A stretch of DNA of 47,476 nucleotides from positions 1-47,476 of the forward strand of contig JBALDB010000012.1 in the NCBI GenBank assembly GCA_036918135.1, written 5' to 3'. This document shows positions 31,208 through 42,308 of this stretch, one piece after another. This stretch comes from Nostoc sp. (lineage in GTDB: Bacteria; Cyanobacteriota; Cyanobacteriia; Cyanobacteriales; Nostocaceae). The position numbers and the translations under genes are program-made. The notes below the pieces were generated by a model that saw nothing but the letters and a program-made list of their open reading frames with translations, was not told the origin of the DNA and ran no database searches. How positions within the stretch are numbered: position 1 is the stretch's first letter; each line of letters starts with the position of its first letter.

Positions 31208-32872
31208 ATGAACACAACTTGGCCAGGAATAACCCAGTTGATAGATATTGGTTTATCAATGAGGGGACAGCAATTTTTGGCACAATCGCCGTCCAGCCTG
31301 CAACAAACTCAAGCAGCAGTAAACCAAGGAGTCGGTGATGTGCAAGGAATTGTTCAACAGTTGATTCTGTTTTTGCCCCGTGTACTGGGGGCAGTGCTAA
31401 TTTTATTTGTAGGTTGGCTAATTGCAGCGATCGTTGCGACGATAGTGCAGAAAATCCTCAAACGTACAAATATAGATAACCGGATTGCCGCAGGAGTAAC
31501 AGGTCGTCAGGATGTTCCCCAGGTGGAGAAATTAATCTCCGACTTAGTTTTTTGGAGTATTATCCTGCTGACGGCGGTAGCTGTTTTACAAACGTTGAAT
31601 CTGGAGGTAGCCTCTCGACCGCTCAATTCTTTTCTCGATCAACTTATTGGCTTTCTGCCAAAGTTGGTTGGTGCAGGAATCCTTTTGGGAACCGCTTGGG
31701 TGTTAGCTACTATTGTCAAGATTATTAGTGTGCGCTTATTACGGACATTTAACCTAGATGAGCGTTTGAATCCCCAACCTGCCGATAGCGTACCCAGCCT
31801 CAATCAATTGTCTCTAAGTGAAACCATTGGCAATGCTCTGTATTGGTTTATATTTTTACTGTTTCTCGTTCCGATTTTGGATACTCTCGGACTCAGGGAA
31901 GCTCTACAACCAGTACAAGCTTTAATTACTAAAATTCTGGTAATTTTGCCAAATATTTTAGCAGCAGCGCTAATTGCCGCAGTTGGCTGGTTTATAGCTA
32001 ATGTGGTGCGGCGAATTGTGACAAACTTGCTCGTGAGTACTGGTATTGACAATTTAGGCAATCGATTTGGGTTATCTTCGACTGCGGGAGTGCAATCTCT
32101 ATCGAGTATTATCGGCACGATTGTCTATATTTTGATTTTGATTCCTGTGGCGATCGCAGCGCTCGATGCTTTACAAATTGCAGCGATATCAGTGCCAGCG
32201 ATCGCAATGCTACAACAGGTTCTCAATGCTGTACCTGCCATCTTTACAGCGGCAGCAATTTTGATTGTTGCCTATTTCCTGGGACAGTTTGTAGCAGATT
32301 TGGTTACAAGTATCCTGACTAATTTAGGCTTTAATAACATTTTCAGTGTATTGGGTCTGACAACACCTACCAGACGAATTGTTATTTCCGCAGAACCAAC
32401 ACAACCAATACCTCCTCGGATTTCTACCCGCACCCCATCGGAAATTGCAGGCATTGTTACCTTAGTAGGTATTATGTTATTTGCAACGGTGGCGGCAGTA
32501 AATATCCTAAATATTCCAGCCCTAACAGCCTTAGTATCTGGTATTTTGATTATATTCGGGCGGATTTTGGCGGGCTTAGTAATATTTGCAATTGGTTTAT
32601 TCCTGGCAAATCTAGCTTTTAACATTATTACCAGTTCCGGCGACCGCCAAGCACAGATTTTAGGACAGGTAGCGCGGATTTCCATCATTACTTTAGTCTC
32701 AGCAATGGCACTGCAACAGATTGGAGTTGCTAGTGATATTGTGAATTTAGCCTTTGGACTTTTATTAGGTGCGATCGCTATTGCTATTGCCCTAGCTTTT
32801 GGTTTGGGAGGTCGTGATATTGCCCGCGAACAAGTTCAAGAATGGCTAAACTCTTTCAAAGGTAGAAACTAA
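31208..32872 (+). CDS. CmpX-like multi-pass membrane protein with repeated TM-helix units (mechanosensitive-channel-related)
   Basis: Repeated (F/I)LP.(I/L)..A..IL..GW..A units and C-terminal ALAFGLGGRD. Confidence 0.8.
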   Translation: MNTTWPGITQLIDIGLSMRGQQFLAQSPSSLQQTQAAVNQGVGDVQGIVQQLILFLPRVLGAVLILFVGWLIAAIVATIVQKILKRTNIDNRIAAGVTGRQDVPQVEKLISDLVFWSIILLTAVAVLQTLNLEVASRPLNSFLDQLIGFLPKLVGAGILLGTAWVLATIVKIISVRLLRTFNLDERLNPQPADSVPSLNQLSLSETIGNALYWFIFLLFLVPILDTLGLREALQPVQALITKILVILPNILAAALIAAVGWFIANVVRRIVTNLLVSTGIDNLGNRFGLSSTAGVQSLSSIIGTIVYILILIPVAIAALDALQIAAISVPAIAMLQQVLNAVPAIFTAAAILIVAYFLGQFVADLVTSILTNLGFNNIFSVLGLTTPTRRIVISAEPTQPIPPRISTRTPSEIAGIVTLVGIMLFATVAAVNILNIPALTALVSGILIIFGRILAGLVIFAIGLFLANLAFNIITSSGDRQAQILGQVARISIITLVSAMALQQIGVASDIVNLAFGLLLGAIAIAIALAFGLGGRDIAREQVQEWLNSFKGRN

Positions 32873-33088
32873 AAGTTGATGAAGGCAGAATTTCGTCTGT
32901 AAATCTCAGAAAGTGCAGATGTAAGCATCAATAGTGGAGAAAATCTATCAGCAATTTTGCCTAAAAGGTTTAAAGTTAGAGCTTAGAAGCTCGGTATTTG
33001 AGTGTAGAACTTGAAAGTTCACGTTCCCATCTCCAAGTTCCGAGCTCCAAGCTCTAGCCTTCCAGTTCTAAAGTCGAAGTTTCGAGAG

Positions 33089-34432
33089 TTATAAATACAT
33101 ATCACCATTTAATTGAAAGCCTAAACTTTCTAATTTTTCTTTCAAAACTTCAGCTTGCTTAATCCTAGCTTTGCCAATAATACTGCAATGATTAATAAGT
33201 TGATAGTGACTATTCTTTTCTCTATCAACAATTGCTTGCAACAAATCTTCTGCTTGTTTATCCCACTCTCCCCTACTAGCAGCATCGAACAAAGCTTCCA
33301 CAATAGGTTTATGAGCTTTATTACCAGTTCTCACCTCGTCAATATGCTTGTAGATTTTATGTGAATTTATCTTAGTCAAGGTTACTTCTGAATTGATAGA
33401 TGCCTGGGTTGCTTTTAAAGGTACATTAAACAAATTTGCGAAATATTGAGCCATTTTCTTGATACAAGAACCTGCATTTGTCCAAAAAATTACAGGTATA
33501 AAAGGAATTTTTGCTTGTTCCCATAGCTCAAAATATTGTTCATATGCTTCCATAGCAGTTTCAGAGTTTGATTTGATTTGTAAAGGATAGCATCGGTTAT
33601 TTACCTTAACAATCAAATCCCATTTAAAATTAACATCTGCAATACTATTCTTACCTGTTGTCCATGTACTAACTCCCTGCAATAGTTCAAGTGCAAGCAT
33701 GATTCTTTTTACGCTTTGATTTCCTATTTTGTGTTCTTGTGTATCGTAAGAATAAGTGCTTAAACTACTATCTTCACTAGACCAATAATAAAGCCGTTTT
33801 TCAGAAACTGGATAGAGTTTATCTGCACCATAAACACCAAAATTTTCATCAAGTCCGCTAGATATATTTAATTCTATTGGCAATCCTGCTTCTGGCAACC
33901 AGGAAATTTCTGGTTTGAGAATAAACCCTAATGCATGGATTGTAATATAAAGCCGTTTTTCTTCATCTCGTTCAACTTCTCTGTAATTGCTGCTATTTAC
34001 ATTATCAAGATTAAAAAATATTGAGAGAGTTCGTTCATTTAATTCTCGATTTTCAAGTTTATTAATTAGTTTTTTCCAATTATCATTATCCATTTCTAGC
34101 TGATAAACTATAAGACTAGCAGGATACTCAATATTATTAAAAGTTTGAGGTTTGCTCAAGTCTAAAACCTTTTGATTATTTAAAAAAGCTAAAGCTAACA
34201 AATTATAAGTAAATTCTCTATCATCTGAAGTAATATGACGTTGTAAATTTATGCTGCCATAGTATTTCAAACCTTCGTTTTTTTCTACAACAACTATTGT
34301 TCCACTGTTATAAGCAAGTTTATAAGTAGTTCTTGATGAATTAAGTTGTAAGTACCTTGGAGATGATTGTACAAGTGGTAATCTAAGCTCAATGAGCGGA
34401 TAAATTTCTTGAAAATGAATATTTGAAAGCAT
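33089..34432 (-). CDS. AT-rich hypothetical protein with a PD-(D/E)xK-like nuclease motif
   Basis: 447 aa with ADVNFKWDLIVKVNNRCYPLQIKS. The ORF is clear; the function is inferred. Confidence 0.55.
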   Translation of the reverse strand: MLSNIHFQEIYPLIELRLPLVQSSPRYLQLNSSRTTYKLAYNSGTIVVVEKNEGLKYYGSINLQRHITSDDREFTYNLLALAFLNNQKVLDLSKPQTFNNIEYPASLIVYQLEMDNDNWKKLINKLENRELNERTLSIFFNLDNVNSSNYREVERDEEKRLYITIHALGFILKPEISWLPEAGLPIELNISSGLDENFGVYGADKLYPVSEKRLYYWSSEDSSLSTYSYDTQEHKIGNQSVKRIMLALELLQGVSTWTTGKNSIADVNFKWDLIVKVNNRCYPLQIKSNSETAMEAYEQYFELWEQAKIPFIPVIFWTNAGSCIKKMAQYFANLFNVPLKATQASINSEVTLTKINSHKIYKHIDEVRTGNKAHKPIVEALFDAASRGEWDKQAEDLLQAIVDREKNSHYQLINHCSIIGKARIKQAEVLKEKLESLGFQLNGDMYL

Positions 34433-34810
34433 TTTTACTTTAATATCAAAACGAAGTAAATGCTCATAATCCCGATTCTGGTGATTCCAAGAGCTAAACT
34501 TTAGTATTCCCTGAATTGAGTAGGAACTAACAGTTTATTAAAATATGCTGTCTAAAGTTAGGCTTAACTCAAAATTAAATATTCAATTAAAATTATTAAT
34601 ACTTAATAAACTTGAAAAGGAATTTAACTTGTCGGAATATACTCGCCTCCGGTGAGAAGCAAGCTACGTAATTCATAATCACAAATTACAAATTAGTTAA
34701 AGCAAGCTTACGTGCAGCATCTCTCAAAAGGAGAAGCAGGCGGGATGGGCTGGAGAGTTTTGTAGAAATGAACGTGGCTAACGGAACCTTATTAACTCCA
34801 CTTCTATGGA

Positions 34811-36265
34811 TTACTTTCTGAGTTTTACCTTGTGGAGTAATTCATCTTTAATACGGTTGAGAATTGAAGTCTCATCCAGGTTTGCCAAAATCCGATTAAT
34901 CACTGCTTTCGGCCCATCAGGCCCCCAAGTTGCACCATTAGCTAAATAAACTTTGGTAACTTGTCCAATACCATAAGAAGAAACACCAGCTACTCCCCCT
35001 TGGGTGATTGCCACCGATATATAAGGGCCAAGTGCAATGCCACCCGTAGCTGTTGCAGAGATACCAAGTAAAGTTTTTAATCCACTCAAGCCCAAATTTG
35101 CCAAGAGTTCACTAGCACCAATTCCGCCCATACTCAGGGCAATTTTTTGGAGCAATTGTACGGCTCCGGCTTCGGTCATGGAGAAACCATAGAGTTTAGA
35201 TAAACCCAAAATTAAAGCTATATCAATTACCACACTACTAAGAATATCTACCACAGTTACAGGATTAAGAGCGATCGCCACTGCCTTAGCCATCACAGCT
35301 TTCCAAATCAACTGATTGGCATTCTCCTCACGAATCATCAGTTTTCGCTCTATCAATTGCTCATTTACAGTGTCAGCATAAAGCATGGTATTCAGAGCCA
35401 CCAGGGCTTTGCCTTCGCGGTGGAGAATCTCTAAAATTTTTAGCTTCAGTTCCTCGACTTGAGCATTACCCGGACGCAACTGTATGCCCCTAGTGCCATC
35501 AGGACGAAAAACCGCCGTCTTCACCATTGGTGATGCTGCTGACATGACAATTTCTAAAGGCGTAACTAATTCCCGCACCCTTTCGTCGCGGATTTTGTGA
35601 TAAATTGCTGTGCGATCGGCTTCTGGATATTGGTCTACTTTGTTAAATACTAGAATTATCGGTTTACCTGCTTCTCGCAATTGCGAAAGGGCAACATGTT
35701 CTATTTTTGTCATGTCGCCAGATATGACAAACAGAATCAAATCTGCTTGTTTGGCAATCTGTTCAGCCAATGCAGTGCGGGTTGCCCCGTCTACTTCATC
35801 TAACCCAGGAGTGTCAATTAATTCCACTTGTGATTGACCGATACCAGGGAGAGTGACTCGCAAAGCACGTTCAGTTTCCCCTACCGCCTCTTCGCTAATA
35901 CTCCAATTCACTCTTTGTGCAGCACGGGTAACACCATGCAGCGGCCCGGTTTCAAATACTGATTGTCCAACTAAAGCATTGAGTAGCGAAGACTTACCAC
36001 GTCCCACCATACCAAAAGCCGCAATCTGCACCACCATGCGGTCTAACTTGCCCAGCATGGTTTCCAAATCAGTAATTTCTGCCTCCAGTCCCGCTTTTTC
36101 TTGGGGACTGAGGTCAAGATTAGTCACTAAATTTCGTAGCGCCGTTTGTGCTTGTTTATAATTCAGTTCCGTTTGAATATCTTCAAAACTGAAAATGGCA
36201 CTATCTAGTTCTTCCTCCCAACTGGGTGAGTCGCTGTGATGAGGTTCGGGCAATATGGAAGTCAT
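34811..36265 (-). CDS. Era-like GTP-binding protein with C-terminal DUF697 (YcjF-like)
   Basis: GMVGRGKSS, DTPG, NKVD and a Gly/Ala-rich hydrophobic C-terminus. Confidence 0.87.
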   Translation of the reverse strand: MTSILPEPHHSDSPSWEEELDSAIFSFEDIQTELNYKQAQTALRNLVTNLDLSPQEKAGLEAEITDLETMLGKLDRMVVQIAAFGMVGRGKSSLLNALVGQSVFETGPLHGVTRAAQRVNWSISEEAVGETERALRVTLPGIGQSQVELIDTPGLDEVDGATRTALAEQIAKQADLILFVISGDMTKIEHVALSQLREAGKPIILVFNKVDQYPEADRTAIYHKIRDERVRELVTPLEIVMSAASPMVKTAVFRPDGTRGIQLRPGNAQVEELKLKILEILHREGKALVALNTMLYADTVNEQLIERKLMIREENANQLIWKAVMAKAVAIALNPVTVVDILSSVVIDIALILGLSKLYGFSMTEAGAVQLLQKIALSMGGIGASELLANLGLSGLKTLLGISATATGGIALGPYISVAITQGGVAGVSSYGIGQVTKVYLANGATWGPDGPKAVINRILANLDETSILNRIKDELLHKVKLRK

Positions 36266-36401
36266 ATTAAATTAAATTTTGAATTAACCTCGCTATTCGA
36301 TCCTAATTATTTTTACCAGGAAATGGGGAATTGGGCATAGGAGTGCTGAGTTAGGAGTGATGAGGTGAGGGGTGAAATTTTCTCCCCATCTCCCTATCTC
36401 T

Positions 36402-36456
36402 CGGTTGCTGAGTTTCGACTTTGCAAAAATCGAGCGAAGTCGAAACTCAGCAACCG
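36402..36456. repeat. 20-bp perfect inverted repeat, REP-like
   Basis: CGGTTGCTGAGTTTCGACTT-N15-AAGTCGAAACTCAGCAACCG. Confidence 0.85.
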
Positions 36457-36577
36457 CCAAGTCGAACCACATCTCCCTACTCCCGACCTTTAACTTTTGA
36501 AGGCAAGTTTAAGAAATTGAGATCTGTTTTGTTGAAGTGTTAACTTAGCTAATTAGTTGCCCAAATGGGCAAAAATT

Positions 36578-38680
36578 ATGAAAAGCTTTCAATCTTGTAT
36601 TGGTATCCGTAAAAATAAAATAGCTCGCTTTGCAGCATCAGCTATAGCAACGTTGGCGCTTGCAGGCAATATTAATTATGCCAGTGCTACTCCTCTAAAA
36701 ATAACTACTGCAAAAGAAATTACTCCACCAGCAGTCCCACTAAGTCCAGCTAAACCAAATATTCCTCAGTTACAAATTAATCACACTCAGTATCAAACTG
36801 CTGGAATCGATGCTTTTGTCCTGGTTCCCATCGTACTTGTTGGCGGTTTAGTTATATTTGTTCCCCTGTTCTTTGGTGGGCTGGTGGTGATTGGCGAACG
36901 GGAAGTTGGTATTGTTGTTAGAAAGTTTACTCTTTCCGGACGCGGACTTCCCGCCGGACGGTTAATTGCCCTCAATGGTGAAGCTGGTTTACAGGCAGAT
37001 ACTCTCGCTCCTGGCTGGCATTGGGGCTATTGGCCTTGGCAATACTCGGTTCGCAAAGAGTCGGTAGTTGTTGTTCCCCAAGGTGAAATCGCTTTAATTG
37101 TAGCCGCAGATGGTGAACCCAACCCACCACAGCGCATCCTGGGGAAAATCGTAGATTGTGACAATTACCAAGATGCCCGGAAGTTCCTCAGCCAAGGTGG
37201 CGAAAAAGGTCGGCAAATGGGTTTTCTGACAGCTGGGACTTACCGTATTAATACTGCGTTATTTAAAATAATTACGGCGGCAAATGCTACAACTCATGGC
37301 ATGACTCCAGAACAGTTGCGGGTTTACAGCCTAGCTTCTGATAAAGTCGGCATTGTCACTACTCTGGACGGTTTACCAATTTCTGACGGTGAAATTGCAG
37401 GGCAGATAATTGAGGGACACAACAACTTTCAAAATGGTCAAAAATTTATTGATGGTGGTGGACGACGAGGCTTACAAGAGCAAATTCTGCTTTCTGGTTC
37501 TTGGAACTTGAATCCTTGGTTTGTCCAGGTTGAACAAGTGCCGATGACGGAAATTCCTATTGGTTATGTGGGTGTAGTAATTTCTTTCGTGGGTAAGGCA
37601 CATCAAGATGTTAGCGGTGCAGCCTTCACACATGGTAACCTAGTGAATCCTGGACACAAGGGTGTATGGGTGGAACCGCTGTATCCTGGGAAGCACCCGA
37701 TTAATTCGCGGATCATGAAAATGGAACTTGTGCCAACGACAAATATTGTATTAAATTGGTCAGACCGTACCGAACGTCATAGTTATGATGCTCAACTGGC
37801 TTCCTTAACTGTGCGATCGCGTGATGGATTTGCCTTTGATTTGGAAGTAGCACAAATTATTCATGTGGGTGCTTTGGATGCACCGAAGGTAATTTCCCGC
37901 GTAGGTGCAATGCAGAATCTCGTAGACCATGTATTAGAACCAACTATCGGTAATTATTTCCGCAACTCAGCCCAAGATTATACAGTACTAGACTTTTTGA
38001 CAGCTCGCAGCGAGCGACAAGCTGAGGCTGCTGAGTATATTAAAACAGCACTGCGGGCTTATGACGTGCAAGCCATCGACACCCTGATTGGTGATATTCA
38101 GCCACCAGCGTCGTTAATGCGGACACAAACAGACCGGAAAATTGCTGAAGAAGAACGCAAGACTTATGAAGTCCAGCAGATGGCACAAACCCAACGCCAG
38201 CAACTTGTTCGAGAAACAGCCTTAGCTGATATCCAGCAAGAAATGGTGAAATCTGAGCAGAGCGTGCATATAGCCGACTTGAAAGCCCAAGCTGAAATCA
38301 AGCAAGCCACAGGTGAAGCTGAGGGGACAAAACTCCGGGCAATTGCCGAGGGTGAAGGGATTCGGGCTACAGGTAACGCCAAAGCTGAAACCTACCGCGC
38401 TGGTGTGGAAGCCTTGGGGGCACAAGGTTATACAGCAATGCAACTGATGCAGATTATAGGCGATCGCCATGTCCGCTTGATTCCAGATGTGCTGGTTGGC
38501 AGTAACGGTACTAATAACGGCTTAGTAGATGGTCTACTATCATTGATTTTATGGAATCAAACCGCTAAACAGGGCGAACTGACACCAACACCTTTACATC
38601 CACAACCGATAAGCCCAACACAACCAACCACAGAAAACGGTATTCCGCCCATAATTGTGAATTTTCCTGTGGATAAGTAG
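36578..38680 (+). CDS. SPFH/band 7 (flotillin-like) protein
   Basis: TM helix then IGEREVGIV, repeated L.PG.(Y/H/W) units, VRSRDGF and an EA-rich coiled coil. ATG at 36578. Confidence 0.87.
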   Translation: MKSFQSCIGIRKNKIARFAASAIATLALAGNINYASATPLKITTAKEITPPAVPLSPAKPNIPQLQINHTQYQTAGIDAFVLVPIVLVGGLVIFVPLFFGGLVVIGEREVGIVVRKFTLSGRGLPAGRLIALNGEAGLQADTLAPGWHWGYWPWQYSVRKESVVVVPQGEIALIVAADGEPNPPQRILGKIVDCDNYQDARKFLSQGGEKGRQMGFLTAGTYRINTALFKIITAANATTHGMTPEQLRVYSLASDKVGIVTTLDGLPISDGEIAGQIIEGHNNFQNGQKFIDGGGRRGLQEQILLSGSWNLNPWFVQVEQVPMTEIPIGYVGVVISFVGKAHQDVSGAAFTHGNLVNPGHKGVWVEPLYPGKHPINSRIMKMELVPTTNIVLNWSDRTERHSYDAQLASLTVRSRDGFAFDLEVAQIIHVGALDAPKVISRVGAMQNLVDHVLEPTIGNYFRNSAQDYTVLDFLTARSERQAEAAEYIKTALRAYDVQAIDTLIGDIQPPASLMRTQTDRKIAEEERKTYEVQQMAQTQRQQLVRETALADIQQEMVKSEQSVHIADLKAQAEIKQATGEAEGTKLRAIAEGEGIRATGNAKAETYRAGVEALGAQGYTAMQLMQIIGDRHVRLIPDVLVGSNGTNNGLVDGLLSLILWNQTAKQGELTPTPLHPQPISPTQPTTENGIPPIIVNFPVDK

Positions 38681-38705
38681 GAGCTGGTACCATTTTAGAT
38701 TTCGC

Positions 38706-38729
38706 GGAAAGTCGGCGCTCCGACTTTCC
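38706..38729. terminator. 10-bp hairpin downstream of the SPFH gene
   Basis: GGAAAGTCGG-CGCT-CCGACTTTCC. No U-tract, so it may be a dispersed palindrome rather than a terminator. Confidence 0.5.
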
Positions 38730-38923
38730 TATAACTTACGTATTGACAAATTAGACAAATCATGTAAATAACAGAAATCAGCAAAAAAGGTGAACGCTAA
38801 CCACTATTGGACTGGAAAGACGGATAATTTATCGCGGCAAAGGCACTTAATCTCAAAAAAACTAACCGAACAAGGATAACACTCAAATTCGATCGCAGAA
38901 CAACTGCAATTAACAGCAATCGT

Positions 38924-40303
38924 TTATTTGTGTCGATCTATAGTTTCATTTGCATTAGTCTTCCTACGCCAACCTAGTTTAACCACCTGACGACTACGAG
39001 CGATTGCCAAAGCATCATCAGGAACGTTTTCTGTGATTGTGGAACCAGCAGCCACGTACACGTCATCACCCAAGGTGACTGGAGCCACTAGAACGCTATT
39101 AGCACCTGTTTTAGTGCGATCGCCTATTTTAGTAGGATGTTTTTTAACGCCATCATAGTTGGCAGTAATTGTACCAGCACCAATGTTCGCCTGATTGCCG
39201 ACGACGCTATCACCTAAGTACGATAAATGTGCTGCATTGGTGCGATCGCCTAACTGCGTGTTTTTCAATTCTACGAAATTTCCAACACGACAACCAGCGC
39301 CTACTTGTACCTGACCGCGCAAATGGGCGTAGGGGCCAATTCGGCTGCCTGCTTTTACTGTGCTATCTGTTACTACCGAATACTGTACTGTGACATTTTC
39401 AGCTAATTGGCTATTTTCAATTAAACTCCCCGGGCCGATGTGACTTCCTGTTTGAATCACGGTATTTCCCCGCAGATGAGTTTGGGGTTCAATAATTACA
39501 TCCGGTTGTAACTCAACTGTTTCATCAATGGTGATGCTTGTGGGATCGATGAGGGTAACACCAGCTAGCATCCATTTTTCCTTGACTCGCTTTTGCAAAA
39601 TTTCGTAGGCTATTGCCAGTTGTAGGCGATCGTTAATGCCGAGAATTTCTTGATAATCTTCTACATCCACTGCCATCACTTGTCCGACCTGAGTAACGGC
39701 ATCGGTAAGATAATATTCTTTTTGGGCATTATTTGCCTGTAAGTAGGGGAGTACTTGGGCCAAATTTTGCCAGCGAAAGCAATAAACCCCAGCGTTAATC
39801 CGGTGATTTTGTCTTTGGGCAGCACTACAATCCTTGTGTTCAACCATTTGCTGCACAATATTTCTATCGTTACAAAAAACACGCCCGTAGCCTGTGGGGT
39901 TGGGTAGGTATGAGGTGAGAATAGTGGCGGCGTTCTGATTTTGGGCGTGAGTTTGTAACATCTGCTCAAGGGTTTCACTACGTATCAACGGTAAATCACC
40001 GTTGAGTACCAGTAAATCTCCAGTGTAATCTTGTAAGTAGGGAAGTAATTGCTGGATGGCATGACCTGTTCCCAATTGCACGGTCTGTTCGACAAACTCC
40101 AAGTTGGAAATTGAATGCATAGCAGCTTTCACTTCTTCAGACTGATACCCGACGATCGCGATTTGCCGTGAGGGCGAGAGAGGCTCTACACTTTCGATAA
40201 CTCTCTCTAGTAGCGATCGCCCACCCAAAGAATGTAGAACCTTGGGTAAACCTGATTTCATTCGTGTGCCGCGTCCGGCTGCTAGAATTGCTACAACTAC
40301 CAT
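38924..40303 (-). CDS. glmU: Bifunctional UDP-GlcNAc pyrophosphorylase / glucosamine-1-phosphate N-acetyltransferase
   Basis: [47 protein letters not shown]. Confidence 0.98.
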   Translation of the reverse strand: MVVVAILAAGRGTRMKSGLPKVLHSLGGRSLLERVIESVEPLSPSRQIAIVGYQSEEVKAAMHSISNLEFVEQTVQLGTGHAIQQLLPYLQDYTGDLLVLNGDLPLIRSETLEQMLQTHAQNQNAATILTSYLPNPTGYGRVFCNDRNIVQQMVEHKDCSAAQRQNHRINAGVYCFRWQNLAQVLPYLQANNAQKEYYLTDAVTQVGQVMAVDVEDYQEILGINDRLQLAIAYEILQKRVKEKWMLAGVTLIDPTSITIDETVELQPDVIIEPQTHLRGNTVIQTGSHIGPGSLIENSQLAENVTVQYSVVTDSTVKAGSRIGPYAHLRGQVQVGAGCRVGNFVELKNTQLGDRTNAAHLSYLGDSVVGNQANIGAGTITANYDGVKKHPTKIGDRTKTGANSVLVAPVTLGDDVYVAAGSTITENVPDDALAIARSRQVVKLGWRRKTNANETIDRHK

Positions 40304-40531
40304 AATCAGCTATTAGTAAAACTGTAATTAATGCTATTTCCTACTTCCAGATGTAGGCTCAAATCATATACCAGCTAATCATAGAAGATTCCTCTGAGCA
40401 AAGGAGTCAGAATTCAAAATTTAAGAGTCAGAACTCAAAATTCATAATTCCAAAGAACTTCAGCCAATAAAAAGCCGAGAGTATGATAATGCCAATTAGC
40501 CTCGATCGCAGTAGCTAAAAGTCATTATTCC

Positions 40532-41686
40532 CTACTCCCTGTTCTTTGTAAAAAAACGAATAAACTCCGCGAACTGCTGCACTAGTCTAGGATTGCGCCA
40601 ACCAGAATCAGCTTCTTCAAGCATCACTGAGAGTGCTTCTTCTGTTGTCAAAGCTTCTTTGTAAGGTCGTTCGCTGGTTAAGGCATCATAAATATCAATT
40701 AACTGAAATATCTGCGCCAAATATGGAATTTCATCCCCTTTAAGTTTATCGGGGTAACCTGAGCCATCCCAACGTTCGTGATGATGACGAATAATCGGAA
40801 TTACACCTTGCATACTGCGTAGCGGTTGGCAGATTTTTTCCCCAATCAAAACGTGCTGCTGCATAATTTGCCAATCTTCGGGGGTGAGTTTGCCTTTTTT
40901 GAGCAGCACTGCATCGGGAATACCTACTTTGCCAATATCGTGGAGATAACCGCCCCACATCAAATCTCGAATTTGGTAGCGCGAGAGATTGAGGTATTCA
41001 CCAAAGGCTTGTCCCAATTTTACTAGGCGTTGGCAATGGTCACCTGTATTGGGATCGCGACTTTCAATGGACATGGCAATGGAAAACAGTACTTGTTCGG
41101 CATGGTCTAAGTCTTCGTTGAGACGCTTCTGCCGCACTAAGGACTTGACACGCGCCGCCAGTTCCACACGATCGAAAGGTTTGGTGAGAAAATCATCTCC
41201 ACCGACTTCAATTCCTCGAATACGCGATCGCCTGTCATTTAAGGCTGTAATAAATATTACTGGGATTAGCCTGGTTTGCTCATCCTGTTTGAGCAATTGA
41301 CAGACTTCAAATCCATCCATTCCCGGCATCATCACATCTAGCAAAATCAAATCTGGTTGTTTTTGCCTTACCAATCCCACAACAATAGAACCACTGTCCG
41401 CTTCAATGACTTCGTATCCTTCCATCCCTAAGAGAGCAACAGCAGTCAGGCGACTAGCTGCATGGTCGTCAACCACTAAAACCTTTGGTGGATCTAAATC
41501 AAAACCGTTCACTTTAGAAGCTTTGGGTTGTAGTGTTTTAGAGACCAATGAATCTTGATTACAAGTTTTCATCCAAGAAGACGCTGCTTGGCTATCTTCA
41601 AGCATCAAGTGTTCTTGAGATAAGCCTAAAGAATAACCCTCTATATTTTGCGATCTGACGGTATGATTTGAACCGATACTTTTCAC
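40532..41686 (-). CDS. Response regulator with HD-GYP domain (RpfG-like c-di-GMP phosphodiesterase)
   Basis: REC domain (VLVVDD, LLDVMMPGMDG, FLTKPF) plus LHDIGK, HHERWDGSGYP, DIYDALTSERPYK. Start uncertain. Confidence 0.92.
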   Translation of the reverse strand: MKSIGSNHTVRSQNIEGYSLGLSQEHLMLEDSQAASSWMKTCNQDSLVSKTLQPKASKVNGFDLDPPKVLVVDDHAASRLTAVALLGMEGYEVIEADSGSIVVGLVRQKQPDLILLDVMMPGMDGFEVCQLLKQDEQTRLIPVIFITALNDRRSRIRGIEVGGDDFLTKPFDRVELAARVKSLVRQKRLNEDLDHAEQVLFSIAMSIESRDPNTGDHCQRLVKLGQAFGEYLNLSRYQIRDLMWGGYLHDIGKVGIPDAVLLKKGKLTPEDWQIMQQHVLIGEKICQPLRSMQGVIPIIRHHHERWDGSGYPDKLKGDEIPYLAQIFQLIDIYDALTSERPYKEALTTEEALSVMLEEADSGWRNPRLVQQFAEFIRFFTKNRE

Positions 41687-42308
41687 TTTGCTTAGGGGGT
41701 TTGACCCATTAACAATTTATTCTGTAAAGCTTCTATGGTTGAATTTCCATTGAATTACAAAGGTACTGCAATTATTTCTACAAGTTAACAGTGTCAGATT
41801 TCAAAAACAAATTTAGTATTTGACTGTATTTGACTTAGGCTTTCCATAGGCATTATCTTATGATGTCAAGCTGCTGATATAGATTTTTTACCCTATGTAT
41901 TTTTTATGTTACGAATAAGCAGTATATTATTGTCAAATTTTTTGCTTCTAATTCCAGTATCATATAATTAGTACAAATGTAAAATCAGGCTTTTCACGGA
42001 GATTTTTACGGATGCCAGCGCCACAAAAGCTTGTAATTGCCTGCTTATTAGCGAAATATCCGATTTTGACTTGACAGTGTTGATAGTATTCATTAGGTCT
42101 AAACATTTTTACTTACTCAGTTATAGCAATAGTTAAATACTGCTAACCACAATGTAATATTAAATACTTATTATAGTTTAAGTTATTTAGCCAAAAAAAA
42201 CTCGTTGCTTGAGTACTAAAAAACGAAATGAGAATTTTAAGGAAAAATATGTCTAACTTTTGTGTAATCAAGGACTGAGGACAAGGCTGATAATTTTGCT
42301 CGTAGCAA

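Noticed and set aside
41969..41984. LexA-box-like AGTACAAATGTAAA
   Set aside because: The second half-site is imperfect and the site is far from any repair gene. No convincing canonical NtcA (GTA-N8-TAC) promoter site was seen in the spacers I checked either.
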